Assembly (NCBI RefSeq): GCF_030529325.1
Contig: NZ_JAUMXC010000001.1
Span: 52,342-116,341 of the forward strand
DNA from: Porphyromonas sp.
GTDB lineage: Bacteria; Bacteroidota; Bacteroidia; Bacteroidales; Porphyromonadaceae
Direction: 5' to 3'
Length of the DNA: 64,000 nucleotides
Below the pieces are notes generated by a model. The model did no database searches, was not told where the DNA came from, and saw only the letters and a list, made by a program, of their open reading frames with translations. Made by a program: the position numbers and the translations under genes. This document shows positions 49,301 to 60,280 of this stretch, one piece after another. How positions within the stretch are numbered: position 1 is the stretch's first letter; every line of letters starts with the position of its first letter.

Positions 49301-51919
49301 ATGAAACATCGTTATCTACTACCCGCATTGCTCATCGCAGCAATGGGTAGCATGGAGATGTCTGCACAGAGCGTGACTGTAGACCAGCAGTCCTGCTCCA
49401 AGATCAAGAACATCTTCAAGAGCAAGCGTCGTAAGGCAAAAGAAGACGCACAGAAAAATCAAGGTAAAGCTCCATCTCCGGAAGCCAAGAAGTACTCCGA
49501 ACTCACTTCCGGTGCGGAAATCACGGATGGACTTGTACGTACGATCCTCAAAGATGACAAGCTATACTTTGAACTCAAAGACTCTATTTACGGCAGAGAT
49601 CTACTCCTATCCAATCGTATCTCAAGGACCTCGGACAACAATGATTTTGTTGCCGGACAGATGGTTTCCGATCCTATACTATTCAGACTTGAGAAACAGG
49701 GCAAAAAAGTATTTATGTACTATGTCCCTACACACAACTCGATAGACAGGACAGATCCCATAGCCCCTTCCTTTGATAAAAACTACAGCAAGCCTATCCT
49801 CAGGGTATTTGATGCCGTTGCTACCAACGAACAAAACACTGTCATCGACATGACGGCTTTCTTCATGGGTGCCGAGATGAGCATCTCGCCTTTGGCAAAA
49901 AATGGAAAAAACAATGGTGCTCCCATCCCCGGTGCTTCATACTTCAGCAGTGTAAAGAGCTTCCCAAAGAACGTGGAAGTGAAAAATGTCCTTGCTTATC
50001 GCAATGCAGATCAACCATATACGATCGAGACACACAGATCTGTGGTACTCCTCCCGGAGCAACCTATGCAGATGAGACTTCAAGACAATAGAGTCGGTTA
50101 TTTCTCTTCCGGTCGTCTTCAGTTTACAACAAACAAAGACAAACTCGAACGCTATCAGGTGATCCATCGTTGGAGACTCGAGCCAAAAGACTCGGCAGCC
50201 TACTTCCGTGGTGAACTCGTAGAGCCTGTCAAGCCTATTGTATTCTACGTTGATACGGTATTCCCTGAGAAATGGAAAGGCGCTGTGAAGGCGGGTATAG
50301 CAGACTGGAATATCGCATTTGAAGAAGCCGGGTTCAAAAATGCCGTCATCGTCAAAGATTATCCTTCAGCAAAGGAAAATCCGGAGTTTGATCCGGATGA
50401 CCTACGCTACTCTTGCGTAAAATATGCTACGACAACCATCGCCAATGCAATGGGTCCAAGCTATGTAGACCCTCGTAGCGGTGAAATCCTCAACGCAGAT
50501 GTAATCTGGTATCACAACATCACCGAACTCCTCCACAACTGGAGATTTACCCAGACTGCAGCCGTAGACAAGCGTGTCCGTACAACTGTCTTCCCCGATG
50601 AAGTAATGGCAGAGTCTATGAGATACGTGGCAGCACACGAAATAGGTCACACACTCGGACTCATGCACAACATGGGAGCTTCTTACGCATTCACAGTCGA
50701 GCAGTTGAGAGACCCTGCATTTACCCAAAAATATGGTACGACACCAAGTATCATGGACTATGCTCGTAACAACTTTGTTGCTCAGCCCGGAGACTTTGAA
50801 AAGGGTGTCAAGTTGACCCCACCTCTCGTCGGTGTATACGACATCCATGCGATCAACTGGGGATATCGTCTCATCCCTGATATCACCAACTTCAAAGATG
50901 AGTACACAACCCTCTCATCTTGGATTGAGGCAAAGAAACATGACCCCAAATATGTATTTGGAGCTCAGCAAATGACAATACTCGACCCGACAGATCAGAC
51001 AGAAGACTTGAGTAACGATCACATCAAGGCGGGAGACAACAGCATCTCCAATCTCAAGATCATCATGAAGCACTACAAAGAGTGGAAGAGTGAACCGGGT
51101 AGAAGAGCAGACAACCTCCAACAGACGCACAAGGAAATCGCAACACAGTTTGTCCGTCACCTTCAACACGTAGCTCCTTACATAGGTGGTCGCGAGTACT
51201 ATGAGAACAGACAAGGCGATGGCAACTATCCTGTAACACACATCGACAAGGCACGTCAGAAAAAGGCAATCAAGTGGCTTGTAGGTCAATTGAGAGATAT
51301 GGACAAGTGGCTATTTGACGCAGAAACCCTACAGAGCTACGACATGTCGGCGTCAGCGTTTGATGCTGTGCTATATTACAGCATTATCCCTTCGGTAATA
51401 GGCAACATGTTGGCTCCACACCGCCTTCTCGGTGTCGTAGAGGGTAATCGAGCAAAGAAGAGCACCAAGTATCCGATAGAGGAAATGCTCAACGATGCAA
51501 CTCGTGAGATATTCGCTGCATCTTACTCAGGACGCAAGCTATCTGATGCTGATATAGCTATCGAAAATACAGGTATCAGCACGCTTATCGCATATGGATC
51601 ACCCAAACCTGCTGCAAGCACACAAGCTCGTAAACGCTTGGAAGAAGCTGCAGAATCTGTAGACAAACTCTTCAGCACAATGCCTTGCCACAGCTGTCAC
51701 TCTTGCGCGTTGGGCAAGTCTGAAGACAACACATCTTTCTTCAGAATGACATTGATACCTGCTACACCTGCAGAGTACGAAACAAAGCCTGCCCTACTCT
51801 CTCGCCTCCACGAGGTACGCCGCCTGTACCGTCAGCGCGCTGCCTCGGCAAAGGACACAAAAACTCGCAACTACTATAAGTTGTGGGAAGAAAGATTCAA
51901 GGAACTTTTTGACAAGTAA
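49301..51919 (+). CDS. Secreted zinc-dependent metalloprotease (Met-zincin, DUF4953/DUF5117-type)
   Basis: Signal peptide; zinc motif VAAHEIGHTLGLMHNMGAS; 872 aa. Confidence 0.75.
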   Translation: MKHRYLLPALLIAAMGSMEMSAQSVTVDQQSCSKIKNIFKSKRRKAKEDAQKNQGKAPSPEAKKYSELTSGAEITDGLVRTILKDDKLYFELKDSIYGRDLLLSNRISRTSDNNDFVAGQMVSDPILFRLEKQGKKVFMYYVPTHNSIDRTDPIAPSFDKNYSKPILRVFDAVATNEQNTVIDMTAFFMGAEMSISPLAKNGKNNGAPIPGASYFSSVKSFPKNVEVKNVLAYRNADQPYTIETHRSVVLLPEQPMQMRLQDNRVGYFSSGRLQFTTNKDKLERYQVIHRWRLEPKDSAAYFRGELVEPVKPIVFYVDTVFPEKWKGAVKAGIADWNIAFEEAGFKNAVIVKDYPSAKENPEFDPDDLRYSCVKYATTTIANAMGPSYVDPRSGEILNADVIWYHNITELLHNWRFTQTAAVDKRVRTTVFPDEVMAESMRYVAAHEIGHTLGLMHNMGASYAFTVEQLRDPAFTQKYGTTPSIMDYARNNFVAQPGDFEKGVKLTPPLVGVYDIHAINWGYRLIPDITNFKDEYTTLSSWIEAKKHDPKYVFGAQQMTILDPTDQTEDLSNDHIKAGDNSISNLKIIMKHYKEWKSEPGRRADNLQQTHKEIATQFVRHLQHVAPYIGGREYYENRQGDGNYPVTHIDKARQKKAIKWLVGQLRDMDKWLFDAETLQSYDMSASAFDAVLYYSIIPSVIGNMLAPHRLLGVVEGNRAKKSTKYPIEEMLNDATREIFAASYSGRKLSDADIAIENTGISTLIAYGSPKPAASTQARKRLEEAAESVDKLFSTMPCHSCHSCALGKSEDNTSFFRMTLIPATPAEYETKPALLSRLHEVRRLYRQRAASAKDTKTRNYYKLWEERFKELFDK

Positions 51920-51949
51920 TTAAAGGCAAATATTCCTTAAACATACGTA

Positions 51950-51990
51950 AAGGGCATGCCAAATATGTTGGCATGCCCTTTCTTAATTTT
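51950..51990 (+). terminator. Rho-independent terminator after the metalloprotease gene
   Basis: AAGGGCATGCCAA-atatg-TTGGCATGCCCTT + TCTTAATTTT. Confidence 0.6.
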
Positions 51991-52324
51991 GTAAACATCC
52001 CTCCTCAATACAGGAAATTTTACTCTCCTACAAAAGCAAAAGATTGAATAAACCGGCAAGGAGGGGAAGCAAAATAAATTTCCGCAATACGCCGACATAG
52101 AGAAGTGTTAAACATCTAATTATCTAACTACACATGCTCTGAATAAGGAATTATAACCATGAAACTAAGCCCATAAAAAAACATTTATTAGCAACAATCA
52201 GGTTATCCTCACTACTCACCCCCCGAGTAGACTTACGAGCATTTTACAATAAGTGACATAAAAATATTTAACACACATCTTAAATTTAAAACAAAAGAGT
52301 AGCCGAAAAGTGGAAAACTTTTAC

Positions 52325-52332
52325 TACTTTTG
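52325..52332 (+). promoter_or_regulatory. -7 promoter box TACTTTTG upstream of nrdA
   Basis: Matches TAnnTTTG about 76 nt upstream of ATG 52408. Confidence 0.3.
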
Positions 52333-52407
52333 AGCTCCAAATGCCTATATGGTCAACCGTATATTGATAAATTTAATAACACACAACGTGCTGAAAAACC
52401 CCGAACA

Positions 52408-54915
52408 ATGAAGATAATTAAGCGAGATCAAAGACTCGAAGACTTTACCTTTGACAAGATAAAAAGAGCGATAAACAGAGCGTTTACAGCCTGCGGAGAA
52501 AAGATATCCAAAAGTGCACTCAATCTCATATGTGACGAACTTTCAGCTCAGATAGGAGACAAGGAATCCATCTCTGTGGAGACCATACAAGACATGGTCG
52601 AAACGGAGCTCATGAAAAGAGGCTACTACAAGGTAGCTAAAGCCTATATCCTCTATCGAGACAAGCGCAGTGAGTTCAGAGCGGTCATCGAAAGCTTCAG
52701 ACAAGTCATTGACGACGAAGAAATCATCCGTCTACTAAAGGATGTTCAGGCTTCTTATAGCGCACGTCAATACAGCCTTGATCTTCTGCTTGTGAAATTT
52801 CAATCCTTCTATAAGGAAGATGTCAACATTCTCGATACTCTCATCAAGGCCTCTGTCGAACTTATCACTCCGGAAGCACCAAACTGGGAATTCGTATCTT
52901 CTCGCCTACTGCTCCTAAAGTCTGAGAGAAGCATACGTCAGCACGAACAGCACCTTGGCTTTTCTTCTTTTTACGACAAATTACGCTACCTCACAGATGA
53001 GCGTCTTTATGGTGCTTATATGCTTGATGCTTATACCTTTGAAGAAGTCAAGGAACTTGAAGAGTACCTTGATCACTCACGCAATAACTTATTGACATAT
53101 AGTTCGCTCCACCTTATCTGCAAGCGTTACCTCATCACCAATCACAACCATCAGTTGCTTGAGAGACCTCAAGAGATGTTTATGGGTATCGCCATGCACT
53201 TGGCTATCCCCGAAGGTGATAACAAAGTTGAATGGGCAAAGAAGATATATGACATCATCAGCACCCTCAAGGTTACGATGGCAACTCCAACAATGAGTAA
53301 TGCCCGTAAACCGTTGAGCCAGTTATCAAGTTGCTTTGAGGATGTCATGCCTGATAGCCTTATAGGGATATACAGGACCATCAATAACTTTGCACAAGTG
53401 TCTAAGTTTGGGGGCGGTATGGGGATCTATATGGGTAAGGTCAGAGCCGTTGGTAGTGACATCCGCGGCTTCAAGGGTGTTGCCGGTGGTGTCCTTAAAT
53501 GGATCAAGTTGTGTAACGATACGGCAATAGCGGTCGATCAACTCGGGGTACGTCAAGGCTCGGTAGCTATCTATCTCGATATTTGGCATAAGGACATGCC
53601 AGAATTCCTACAGATACGTACCAACAACGGAGACGACCGCATGAAGGCCCATGATGTATTCCCGGGCGTTTGTTTCCCGGATCTATTCTGGCGTATGGTA
53701 CAGGAAGACATTGATGGTAACTGGTACATGATGTGTCCACATGAAGTTCAGACGGCTAAAGGATATAGCTTGGAAGACTTCTATGGTGAGGAATGGGAGC
53801 GTCGCTATCAAGAATGTCTGCAAGACAACCGTATAGCAAAGCGTGCAATCAAGGTAAAAGACCTTGTGCGCCTCTTGATCAAGTCTGCTGTCGAAACAGG
53901 CACACCGTTTATCTTCAATAGGGATACGGTCAACAGACTCAATCCAAATAAACACCAAGGTATCATCTACTGCTCAAACCTCTGTACGGAGATTGCTCAA
54001 AATCAAAAGGCAATCAAAACAAAACAAAGATATGTCAAACTCGAAGATGGGCAAGATATCGTCGTCGAGGAAACCATACCGGGAGATTTTGTCGTGTGCA
54101 ACCTTGCATCATTGGTACTTGGTAATATCAACGTCAAGAATGAACAGGAGATGCAACAAGTCATCAGTACTGTTGTCAGAGCTCTTGACAACGTCATCGA
54201 CCTCAACTTCTATCCTATCCCTTATGCAGAGATAACCAACCAACGTATGCGTCCGATAGGGCTTGGTACAAGTGGTTATCATCACTTATTGGCTAAGCAC
54301 AACATCCGTTGGGAGAGTGACGAGCACTTGACATTTATGGATAAGGTATTTGAAAAGATCAACTACTACGCGATCCAAGCGTCATGCCAACTTGCAGAAG
54401 AAAAGGGCGCTTACTCACACTTCAAAGGTAGTGACTGGGACAACGGTAACTATTTCACTGATCGCAACTATACGAGCGACCGTTGGAAAGCACTCTCTGC
54501 CGATGTTCACGCAAAGGGCTTACGCAACGGCTATCTCATGGCTATTGCTCCCACAAGTTCGACTTCAATCATTGCCGGAACTACGGCAGGAACAGACCCG
54601 GTAATGGATCGCTACTTCCTTGAGGAAAAGAAGGGAAGCATCGTTCCTCGTGTTGCGCCACAACTCTCAGACGCTACATTCTGGCTCTACAAGACAGCTC
54701 ACCAGATGGATCAAAACTGGATCATCGATGCAGCTGCTGTCCGTCAACGCCACTTGGATCAATCTCAATCGGTCAATCTCTTTATCGATCAGACCGTCAC
54801 TTTCAGAGGTGTCATGGATCTCTATCTGAGAGCATGGAGCAAAGGTGTCAAAACACTATACTATGTACGAAGCAAATCCCTCGAGGTGGAAGAGTGTGAG
54901 ACTTGTTCAGCTTAA
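52408..54915 (+). CDS. nrdA: Ribonucleoside-diphosphate reductase class Ia alpha subunit (with ATP-cone)
   Basis: ATP-cone MKIIKRDQRLEDFTFDKIKRAI; catalytic-site region CSNLCTEI; start at 52408 rather than the ORF-track 52330. Confidence 0.9.
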   Translation: MKIIKRDQRLEDFTFDKIKRAINRAFTACGEKISKSALNLICDELSAQIGDKESISVETIQDMVETELMKRGYYKVAKAYILYRDKRSEFRAVIESFRQVIDDEEIIRLLKDVQASYSARQYSLDLLLVKFQSFYKEDVNILDTLIKASVELITPEAPNWEFVSSRLLLLKSERSIRQHEQHLGFSSFYDKLRYLTDERLYGAYMLDAYTFEEVKELEEYLDHSRNNLLTYSSLHLICKRYLITNHNHQLLERPQEMFMGIAMHLAIPEGDNKVEWAKKIYDIISTLKVTMATPTMSNARKPLSQLSSCFEDVMPDSLIGIYRTINNFAQVSKFGGGMGIYMGKVRAVGSDIRGFKGVAGGVLKWIKLCNDTAIAVDQLGVRQGSVAIYLDIWHKDMPEFLQIRTNNGDDRMKAHDVFPGVCFPDLFWRMVQEDIDGNWYMMCPHEVQTAKGYSLEDFYGEEWERRYQECLQDNRIAKRAIKVKDLVRLLIKSAVETGTPFIFNRDTVNRLNPNKHQGIIYCSNLCTEIAQNQKAIKTKQRYVKLEDGQDIVVEETIPGDFVVCNLASLVLGNINVKNEQEMQQVISTVVRALDNVIDLNFYPIPYAEITNQRMRPIGLGTSGYHHLLAKHNIRWESDEHLTFMDKVFEKINYYAIQASCQLAEEKGAYSHFKGSDWDNGNYFTDRNYTSDRWKALSADVHAKGLRNGYLMAIAPTSSTSIIAGTTAGTDPVMDRYFLEEKKGSIVPRVAPQLSDATFWLYKTAHQMDQNWIIDAAAVRQRHLDQSQSVNLFIDQTVTFRGVMDLYLRAWSKGVKTLYYVRSKSLEVEECETCSA

Positions 54916-54962
54916 TTTCCCCGGGGGCTACTAAATATTCACCGATATAATATATACACGAT

Positions 54963-56006
54963 ATGGAAGAACTAAAGCGCAAAGCTCTCTTCAACGAACA
55001 TGGAGATGTCGAAGTCAACAAGCGTCAGCTTATCAATGGGAACACCACCAATCTCAATGACTTTAACAACATGAAATATAGCTGGGCATCCACATGGTAC
55101 CGTCAAGCCATGAACAACTTCTGGATACCGGAAGAGATCAATATGAGCCAGGACGTCAAGGACTATCGTCTGCTTTCCTCACAAGAAAAGACGGCCTATG
55201 ACAAGATACTTTCGTTCCTCATCTTCCTTGACAGTATCCAGACAGCCAACCTCCCATACGTGGGTGAGTACATCACTGCAAACGAAGTCAATCTGTGTCT
55301 CACGATCCAAGCCTTCCAAGAGGCCGTACACTCACAGTCTTACAGCTATATGCTGGACACTATATGTTCGCCCGAAGAGCGCACAAGCATCCTCTACCAA
55401 TGGAAGGACGATGAACACTTGCTCGCACGCAACAAGTTTATCGGAGACATCTACAACGAGTTTCAGGAAAACAAAAGCCCGGAACAGCTCCTCAAAACCA
55501 TGGTAGCAAACTATATCCTCGAAGGGGTCTACTTCTACTCCGGATTTATGTTCTTCTACAATCTCGGCAGAAACGGCAAGATGCCAGGATCGGTACAAGA
55601 AATCCGCTACATCAACCGTGATGAGAACACCCACCTATGGCTCTTCAGATCTATGATCCTTGAGCTTCAAAAAGAAATGCCCGAACTCTTTACAGAAGAG
55701 AGCAAAGCTACTTACAGAGCAATGATCAAAGAAGGAGCAGAGCAGGAAATGAAGTGGGGAGATTATGTCATCGGTGACGACATTGAAGGTCTCAACAAAC
55801 AGATGGTCAAGGATTACATCATGTATCTTGCCAACCAAAGATCACGCAGCATCGGACTTGGCACTATCTACGAAGGATATGACGAAGAGCCCGAAAGCAT
55901 GAAGTGGGTGTCTCAGTACAGCAATGCCAACCTCATCAAGACAGACTTCTTCGAAGCAAAGCCCAGCGCATACGCGAAGTCTACAGCTATCGAAGACGAC
56001 TTATAA
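54963..56006 (+). CDS. nrdB: Ribonucleoside-diphosphate reductase beta subunit
   Basis: Ferritin-like di-iron/tyrosyl-radical protein; 347 aa. Confidence 0.9.
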   Translation: MEELKRKALFNEHGDVEVNKRQLINGNTTNLNDFNNMKYSWASTWYRQAMNNFWIPEEINMSQDVKDYRLLSSQEKTAYDKILSFLIFLDSIQTANLPYVGEYITANEVNLCLTIQAFQEAVHSQSYSYMLDTICSPEERTSILYQWKDDEHLLARNKFIGDIYNEFQENKSPEQLLKTMVANYILEGVYFYSGFMFFYNLGRNGKMPGSVQEIRYINRDENTHLWLFRSMILELQKEMPELFTEESKATYRAMIKEGAEQEMKWGDYVIGDDIEGLNKQMVKDYIMYLANQRSRSIGLGTIYEGYDEEPESMKWVSQYSNANLIKTDFFEAKPSAYAKSTAIEDDL

Positions 56007-56042
56007 TCAACTCTGATTGACCTTATAAAAGGGTCACGAACA

Positions 56043-56090
56043 AACAAGAAACCCCACTCAGATATGTTCTGAGTGGGGTTTCTTGTTTTA
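56043..56090 (+). terminator. Strong rho-independent terminator after nrdB
   Basis: Perfect 19 bp stem ACAAGAAACCCCACTCAGA-tatgt-TCTGAGTGGGGTTTCTTGT followed by TTTA. Confidence 0.75.
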
Positions 56091-56188
56091 TAGCCATAGT
56101 GCGGCAAAACACATGAGACAGGGGCAATGCTGCCAAGATTGCATCCCCATTTTCAGTTCACTAATAGAGAGGACAGTCTAACTTACAA

Positions 56189-56611
56189 TTGTGGCAGTGT
56201 GGTGTACTGAAAAAAGTTGACAGTAGCGGAGGAGAAAAAATCAAGAACCCACTAACCAAACATTTCAGTATTCCGGAGCGCCTTCACATTCTCGAAGAAT
56301 ATCTCGGCTCGGACCTCAGCAAGTATGCCATCGAGAAGAAATATGGCTTGAATCGGGGGAGTATTTACTTTTGGCTTCGTAAATTCGGGTTATCAGACAA
56401 GCTTAAAACAGAAGTCATGAAAACTCCGACAGATGATAATGCGCTCAGCATGAGCGAACAAAAGGAATTAGCACGTCTTCGCAAGGAGATCCGTCAGCTC
56501 AGAGCAAAACTCAAACACGAGGAGCCGGGACACAAAGCCTACAAGTTGCTCGTTGAATTGGCAGAAGAAACCCACGGCATCGAGATAAGAAAAAACTCCG
56601 AAGCCAAGTAG
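56189..56611 (+). CDS. IS3 OrfA (HTH transposase N-terminal part); true start uncertain
   Basis: HTH region LHILEEYLGSDLSKYAIEKKYGLNRGSIYFWLRKFG and leucine-zipper-like C-terminus; the ORF-track start is a TTG lying partly outside IR-L. Confidence 0.65.
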   Translation: MWQCGVLKKVDSSGGEKIKNPLTKHFSIPERLHILEEYLGSDLSKYAIEKKYGLNRGSIYFWLRKFGLSDKLKTEVMKTPTDDNALSMSEQKELARLRKEIRQLRAKLKHEEPGHKAYKLLVELAEETHGIEIRKNSEAK

Positions 56612-57713
56612 TTCAGCGTTTGTCAGAGGACAATCGGCCTCATCATCCTGTCACTCTTCTCTGCGAACTGCCCGGCTTCAGCCGTCAGGCTTACTATAAA
56701 CGCAACCTCAGGACTCCAAGTCCCTACGAATCAGAGATCTTGGAGACAAGCATCATCCTCTACTTCAGGCATTTGCGAAGGAGAGAACACCTTCCCAAAG
56801 CCGGCTTCAGGGAGTTGTTCCTGCTGTGCAAAGAATACTTCGGGGAAAAGTTCCTCATCGGCAGAGATCGCTTCTGTGCCCTGATGAGAGCCAATGAGTT
56901 AATACTTCGTAAGCGACGTTATCGCCCCCATACAACCAACTCCGACCATCACTTCCACAAATACGAAGATCTGCTCAATACCGAATCGAAATATGAGTCC
57001 AAGAAGCCGGGAGATCTCCTTGTGGCTGACATCACTTACATCTCCTATCGTGGCGGTTTCGCCTGTTTATCCCTCCTTACAGATGTATACAGCCGTTGTA
57101 TCGTGGGGCACTGTCTGCACCCGACACTTGAAGTGGAGGGCTGTATCTCGGCCCTCGAACAAGCATTTGACTTCTATAAAAGACATAAGACAGACATCAA
57201 AGAAATGATCCGTCACAGCGACCGGGGAGTACAGTACGCTTCTACCCGGTACACGAAACTTCTCACCGATCGGGGGGGGCCGCATCAGCATGACCCGTAC
57301 GGGAGACCCGCTTCATAACGCCCCGGCCGAAAGGATAAACAACACCCTGAAAAACTCGTGGTATATCTCCTCCGAGGACCAAACACTCGAGGAAGCAAAG
57401 CAAGCAGTGGCACGAGCCGTCCGGATGTACAACGAAGCTCGCCCACATCAGTCTATCGGAGGACGGACACCCATGCAACTATTGCAGAAAGAAGTTCAAA
57501 ATCTCCTTGTCCCCACCAAAGGACAAGATTGGACAATCTCTCCTAAGCTCTATGCAATGATGAATCCCGAACAAAGAGCCAAATTTGCATCGTGTCAACG
57601 TTTATGGCCCTAACCAAAGGACGCCGTAAACCCAAGACTATTATAAAGATCTATTGTGTAAACTAAGTATGAAACTTGCCTCCACTACTGTCAACTTTTT
57701 TCAGTACACCACA
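56198..57713 (+). mobile_element. IS3-family insertion sequence (1.5 kb) with 35 bp terminal inverted repeats TGTGGTGTACTGAAAAAAGTTGACAGTAG(C/T)GGAGG
   Basis: IR-L 56198-56232 and IR-R 57679-57713 (1 mismatch); orfA/orfB organisation with -1 slippery heptamer A_AAA_AAC at 56590-56596. Confidence 0.8.
56620..57613 (+). pseudogene. IS3 OrfB (DDE integrase core) disrupted by a +1 frameshift in a G8 homopolymer at 57272-57279
   Basis: Two ORF-track pieces, 56620-57318 and 57290-57613; an intact reading ...KLLTDRG-RISMTRTGDPLHNAPAERINNTLK is restored if the G tract is 7 instead of 8. Confidence 0.75.
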
Positions 57714-57735
57714 GGGTAAGGGACTTTCTAAATCA

Positions 57736-57793
57736 AGGTGTCTAACTTGATGAATTAAGTTGTCTAACTTGAGAGATCAAGTTAGACAACTTG
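57736..57793 (+). repeat. Copy 5 of the structured repeat family (hairpin GTTGTCTAACTTGA-gaga-TCAAGTTAGACAAC, no T-run)
   Basis: Lies 22 bp after IS3 IR-R; 224 bp upstream of the rocD ATG. Confidence 0.8.
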
Positions 57794-58016
57794 TTCTACC
57801 CCCTCCGACAACATCCTCTACACCGACAGAATAAGGACAAAACACATAAAAACTCCCCATACCCCGAAAACACGGATCTACGATTGACAATTAGACTTTA
57901 GAACGGCAATAAAACAGCCCGGATTATTGTTTTATTAGATGATTTTATATACCTTGTAAAGGTTTATTCAAAACCACGAAGATATTTAACATCACATTAA
58001 AACAAAATACTAAACT

Positions 58017-59252
58017 ATGCTCAACATTTCACCTAAAGCACAACAATTCATTGATCAAGAACACCAGTTCGGAGCACATAATTATCACCCCCTTGGCGTA
58101 GTACTTTCGAGAGGCAAAGGGGCTTTTGTATGGGACGTAGACGATAAAAAGTACTTTGACTTCCTTTCGGCATACTCAGCTGTCAATCAAGGTCACTGCC
58201 ACCCCAAGATCATCGCTGCACTTACTCAGCAGGCAGAGACACTTTGTCTCACTTCGAGAGCATTTTACAACGACGCATTGGGGCCATTTGAGGAGTTTAT
58301 ACACAACTACTTCGGCTACGACAAAATGTTGCCGATGAACAGTGGTGCCGAAGCTGTGGAGACAGGTCTCAAGCTCGCACGCCGCTGGGGATACCGTGTC
58401 AAGGGGATACCTGCGGACAAAGCGATCATCGTCGTGTGCGAAGGCAACTTCCACGGACGTACGATCAGTATCGTATCCATGTCTACAGACCCGGACTCAT
58501 TCTCAGATTACGGGCCTCACACTCCGGGCTTTATAAAAGTACCTTACAATGACTTGAAAGCTCTCGAAAAGGTAATGAATGAGTATGGAGACAAGATCGC
58601 CGGAGTGCTTGCGGAGCCTATCCAAGGCGAAGCCGGAGTCGTTGTCCCACACGACGGCTATCTCAAGGGCTTGGTCGAACTTTGTCGCAAGCACAATGCC
58701 CTCTTCATCGCCGATGAGATCCAGACGGGTATCGCCCGCACAGGGAAGATGCTGGCTTGCGATCACGAGGGAGTGCGTCCTGATATCGTACTACTCGGCA
58801 AGGCCATATCCGGAGGTGTACTTCCGGTGTCTCTCGTATTGGCAGACAACCCTGTGATGTTGACCATCAAGCCGGGTGAGCACGGCTCGACATACGGAGG
58901 CTTCCCTCTGGCTTGTAAGGTAGCAAGAGCAGCCCTTACTGTCGTAAAAGAAGAAAACCTGATAGAAAATGCAGAACGCCTCGGAGAGGTATTCCGTCGC
59001 GAACTCGAAGCCATCGACAGTCCGTTCATCTCTCTCGTCCGAGGCAAAGGTCTACTCAATGCAGTAGTGATCAAGCCTCACAACGGATATGAAGCGTGGA
59101 ACGTATGTGAGGTGATGGCCAATAAGGGGCTTCTCGCAAAGCCTACACACCGACATATCATCAGATTTGCACCACCACTATGTATCACCGAAGAGCAACT
59201 CTTGGAAGCTATTGGCATCATCAGATCCGCACTCGAAGAGCTATCTCAGTAA
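58017..59252 (+). CDS. rocD: Ornithine--oxo-acid aminotransferase
   Basis: Class III aminotransferase; N-terminus FGAHNYHPL...[15 protein letters not shown] typical of OAT. Confidence 0.85.
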   Translation: MLNISPKAQQFIDQEHQFGAHNYHPLGVVLSRGKGAFVWDVDDKKYFDFLSAYSAVNQGHCHPKIIAALTQQAETLCLTSRAFYNDALGPFEEFIHNYFGYDKMLPMNSGAEAVETGLKLARRWGYRVKGIPADKAIIVVCEGNFHGRTISIVSMSTDPDSFSDYGPHTPGFIKVPYNDLKALEKVMNEYGDKIAGVLAEPIQGEAGVVVPHDGYLKGLVELCRKHNALFIADEIQTGIARTGKMLACDHEGVRPDIVLLGKAISGGVLPVSLVLADNPVMLTIKPGEHGSTYGGFPLACKVARAALTVVKEENLIENAERLGEVFRRELEAIDSPFISLVRGKGLLNAVVIKPHNGYEAWNVCEVMANKGLLAKPTHRHIIRFAPPLCITEEQLLEAIGIIRSALEELSQ

Positions 59253-59278
59253 ACATTGCATAAATCTCCCATTGGCCT

Positions 59279-60214
59279 ATGGCAACTCAATCAAGACAGA
59301 CGACGGATACCGTCTTTATGGTGAGACCTTACAACTTCACCTTCAACATCCATACCGCCGAAGACAATCACTTTCAGACTCCCGACCCTGCGCTCATAGA
59401 GAAGTCTCATGAGTTGGCTCTCGCAGAGTTTGATGCCTTTGTGACCCTACTTAGGGACAATGGTGTCAAGGTCGTTGTCGCGGAGGACACAGCGTCTCCC
59501 GCCACACCGGACTCATTGTTCCCCAACAACTGGTTTTCGACCCACGAAGACGGGACAATGATGCTCTATCCGATGTACACGGACAATCGCAACAAGGAGA
59601 GTTACAAAAATGCACTTTTTCAGACCCTTAAAACGGCCTTTGATCCGGTCAAGGTGACAGACCTCAGACCTTATCGGGAAAAAGGGCTGATGCTGGAGGG
59701 GACAGGTTGTCTCATCTTGGATAGAGTGAACAAGATCGTCTATGCATGCCGATCGGAGCGCATCTCGGAGCCATTACTTGATATCTTCTGTCAAGAGATG
59801 GGGTACAAGTCCGTCGTGTTTGATGCTCTCGACCGTCAGGGGCTACCGATCTACCACACCAACGTCATGATGGCTCTTGCTGAGAAGTTTGCAGTGATAT
59901 GCTTGGAGTGCATCCGAGACGAGAAAGAGCGTGAAAAAGTCGTGGAAAGCCTAAAAAGCACAGGGCATGAGATAGTGGACATCACACTCGATCAAGTGTA
60001 CAAATATGCCGGCAATATGCTCTCGGTACGCACTCACGATACAGGTTATCCTCTCATGGTGATGTCTCGTCAGGCGTACGACAGCCTCACACAGGATCAG
60101 ATACGACAGATAGAGTCTCACGCCCGCATCCTGGCACCCTCTCTTCTGACCATAGAGACGCTCGGAGGAGGCTCAGCAAGGTGTATGATGGGAGAGATTT
60201 ATGAGCATAAATAA
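59279..60214 (+). CDS. Amidinotransferase/arginine-deiminase-fold protein (CtlX-like citrulline utilisation hydrolase)
   Basis: 311 aa with C-terminal catalytic-Cys region GGGSARCM; located between rocD and pruA. Confidence 0.55.
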   Translation: MATQSRQTTDTVFMVRPYNFTFNIHTAEDNHFQTPDPALIEKSHELALAEFDAFVTLLRDNGVKVVVAEDTASPATPDSLFPNNWFSTHEDGTMMLYPMYTDNRNKESYKNALFQTLKTAFDPVKVTDLRPYREKGLMLEGTGCLILDRVNKIVYACRSERISEPLLDIFCQEMGYKSVVFDALDRQGLPIYHTNVMMALAEKFAVICLECIRDEKEREKVVESLKSTGHEIVDITLDQVYKYAGNMLSVRTHDTGYPLMVMSRQAYDSLTQDQIRQIESHARILAPSLLTIETLGGGSARCMMGEIYEHK

Positions 60215-60280
60215 ACAATAAGCTCATGAGATTAGTTATTAAAGCAGTTGAACTATAAAATCAGATAAAATTTATTACCT

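Noticed and set aside
51920-52407. Possible cobalamin or other riboswitch upstream of nrdA
   Set aside because: No B12-box (GCCACTG) or other recognisable riboswitch core is visible; only a terminator hairpin and an AT-rich promoter region. An Rfam scan would be decisive.
56189-56197. ORF-track start codons taken at face value (for example orfA at 56189, GT-like at 41664, remnant at 40692)
   Set aside because: These positions are TTG on inspection, because the track translates alternative starts as M. Starts were re-evaluated, and several genes (rex, serC, prfC, nrdA, ispB, tatD, serine hydrolase, nuclease) were trimmed to internal ATGs with better N-terminal homology.
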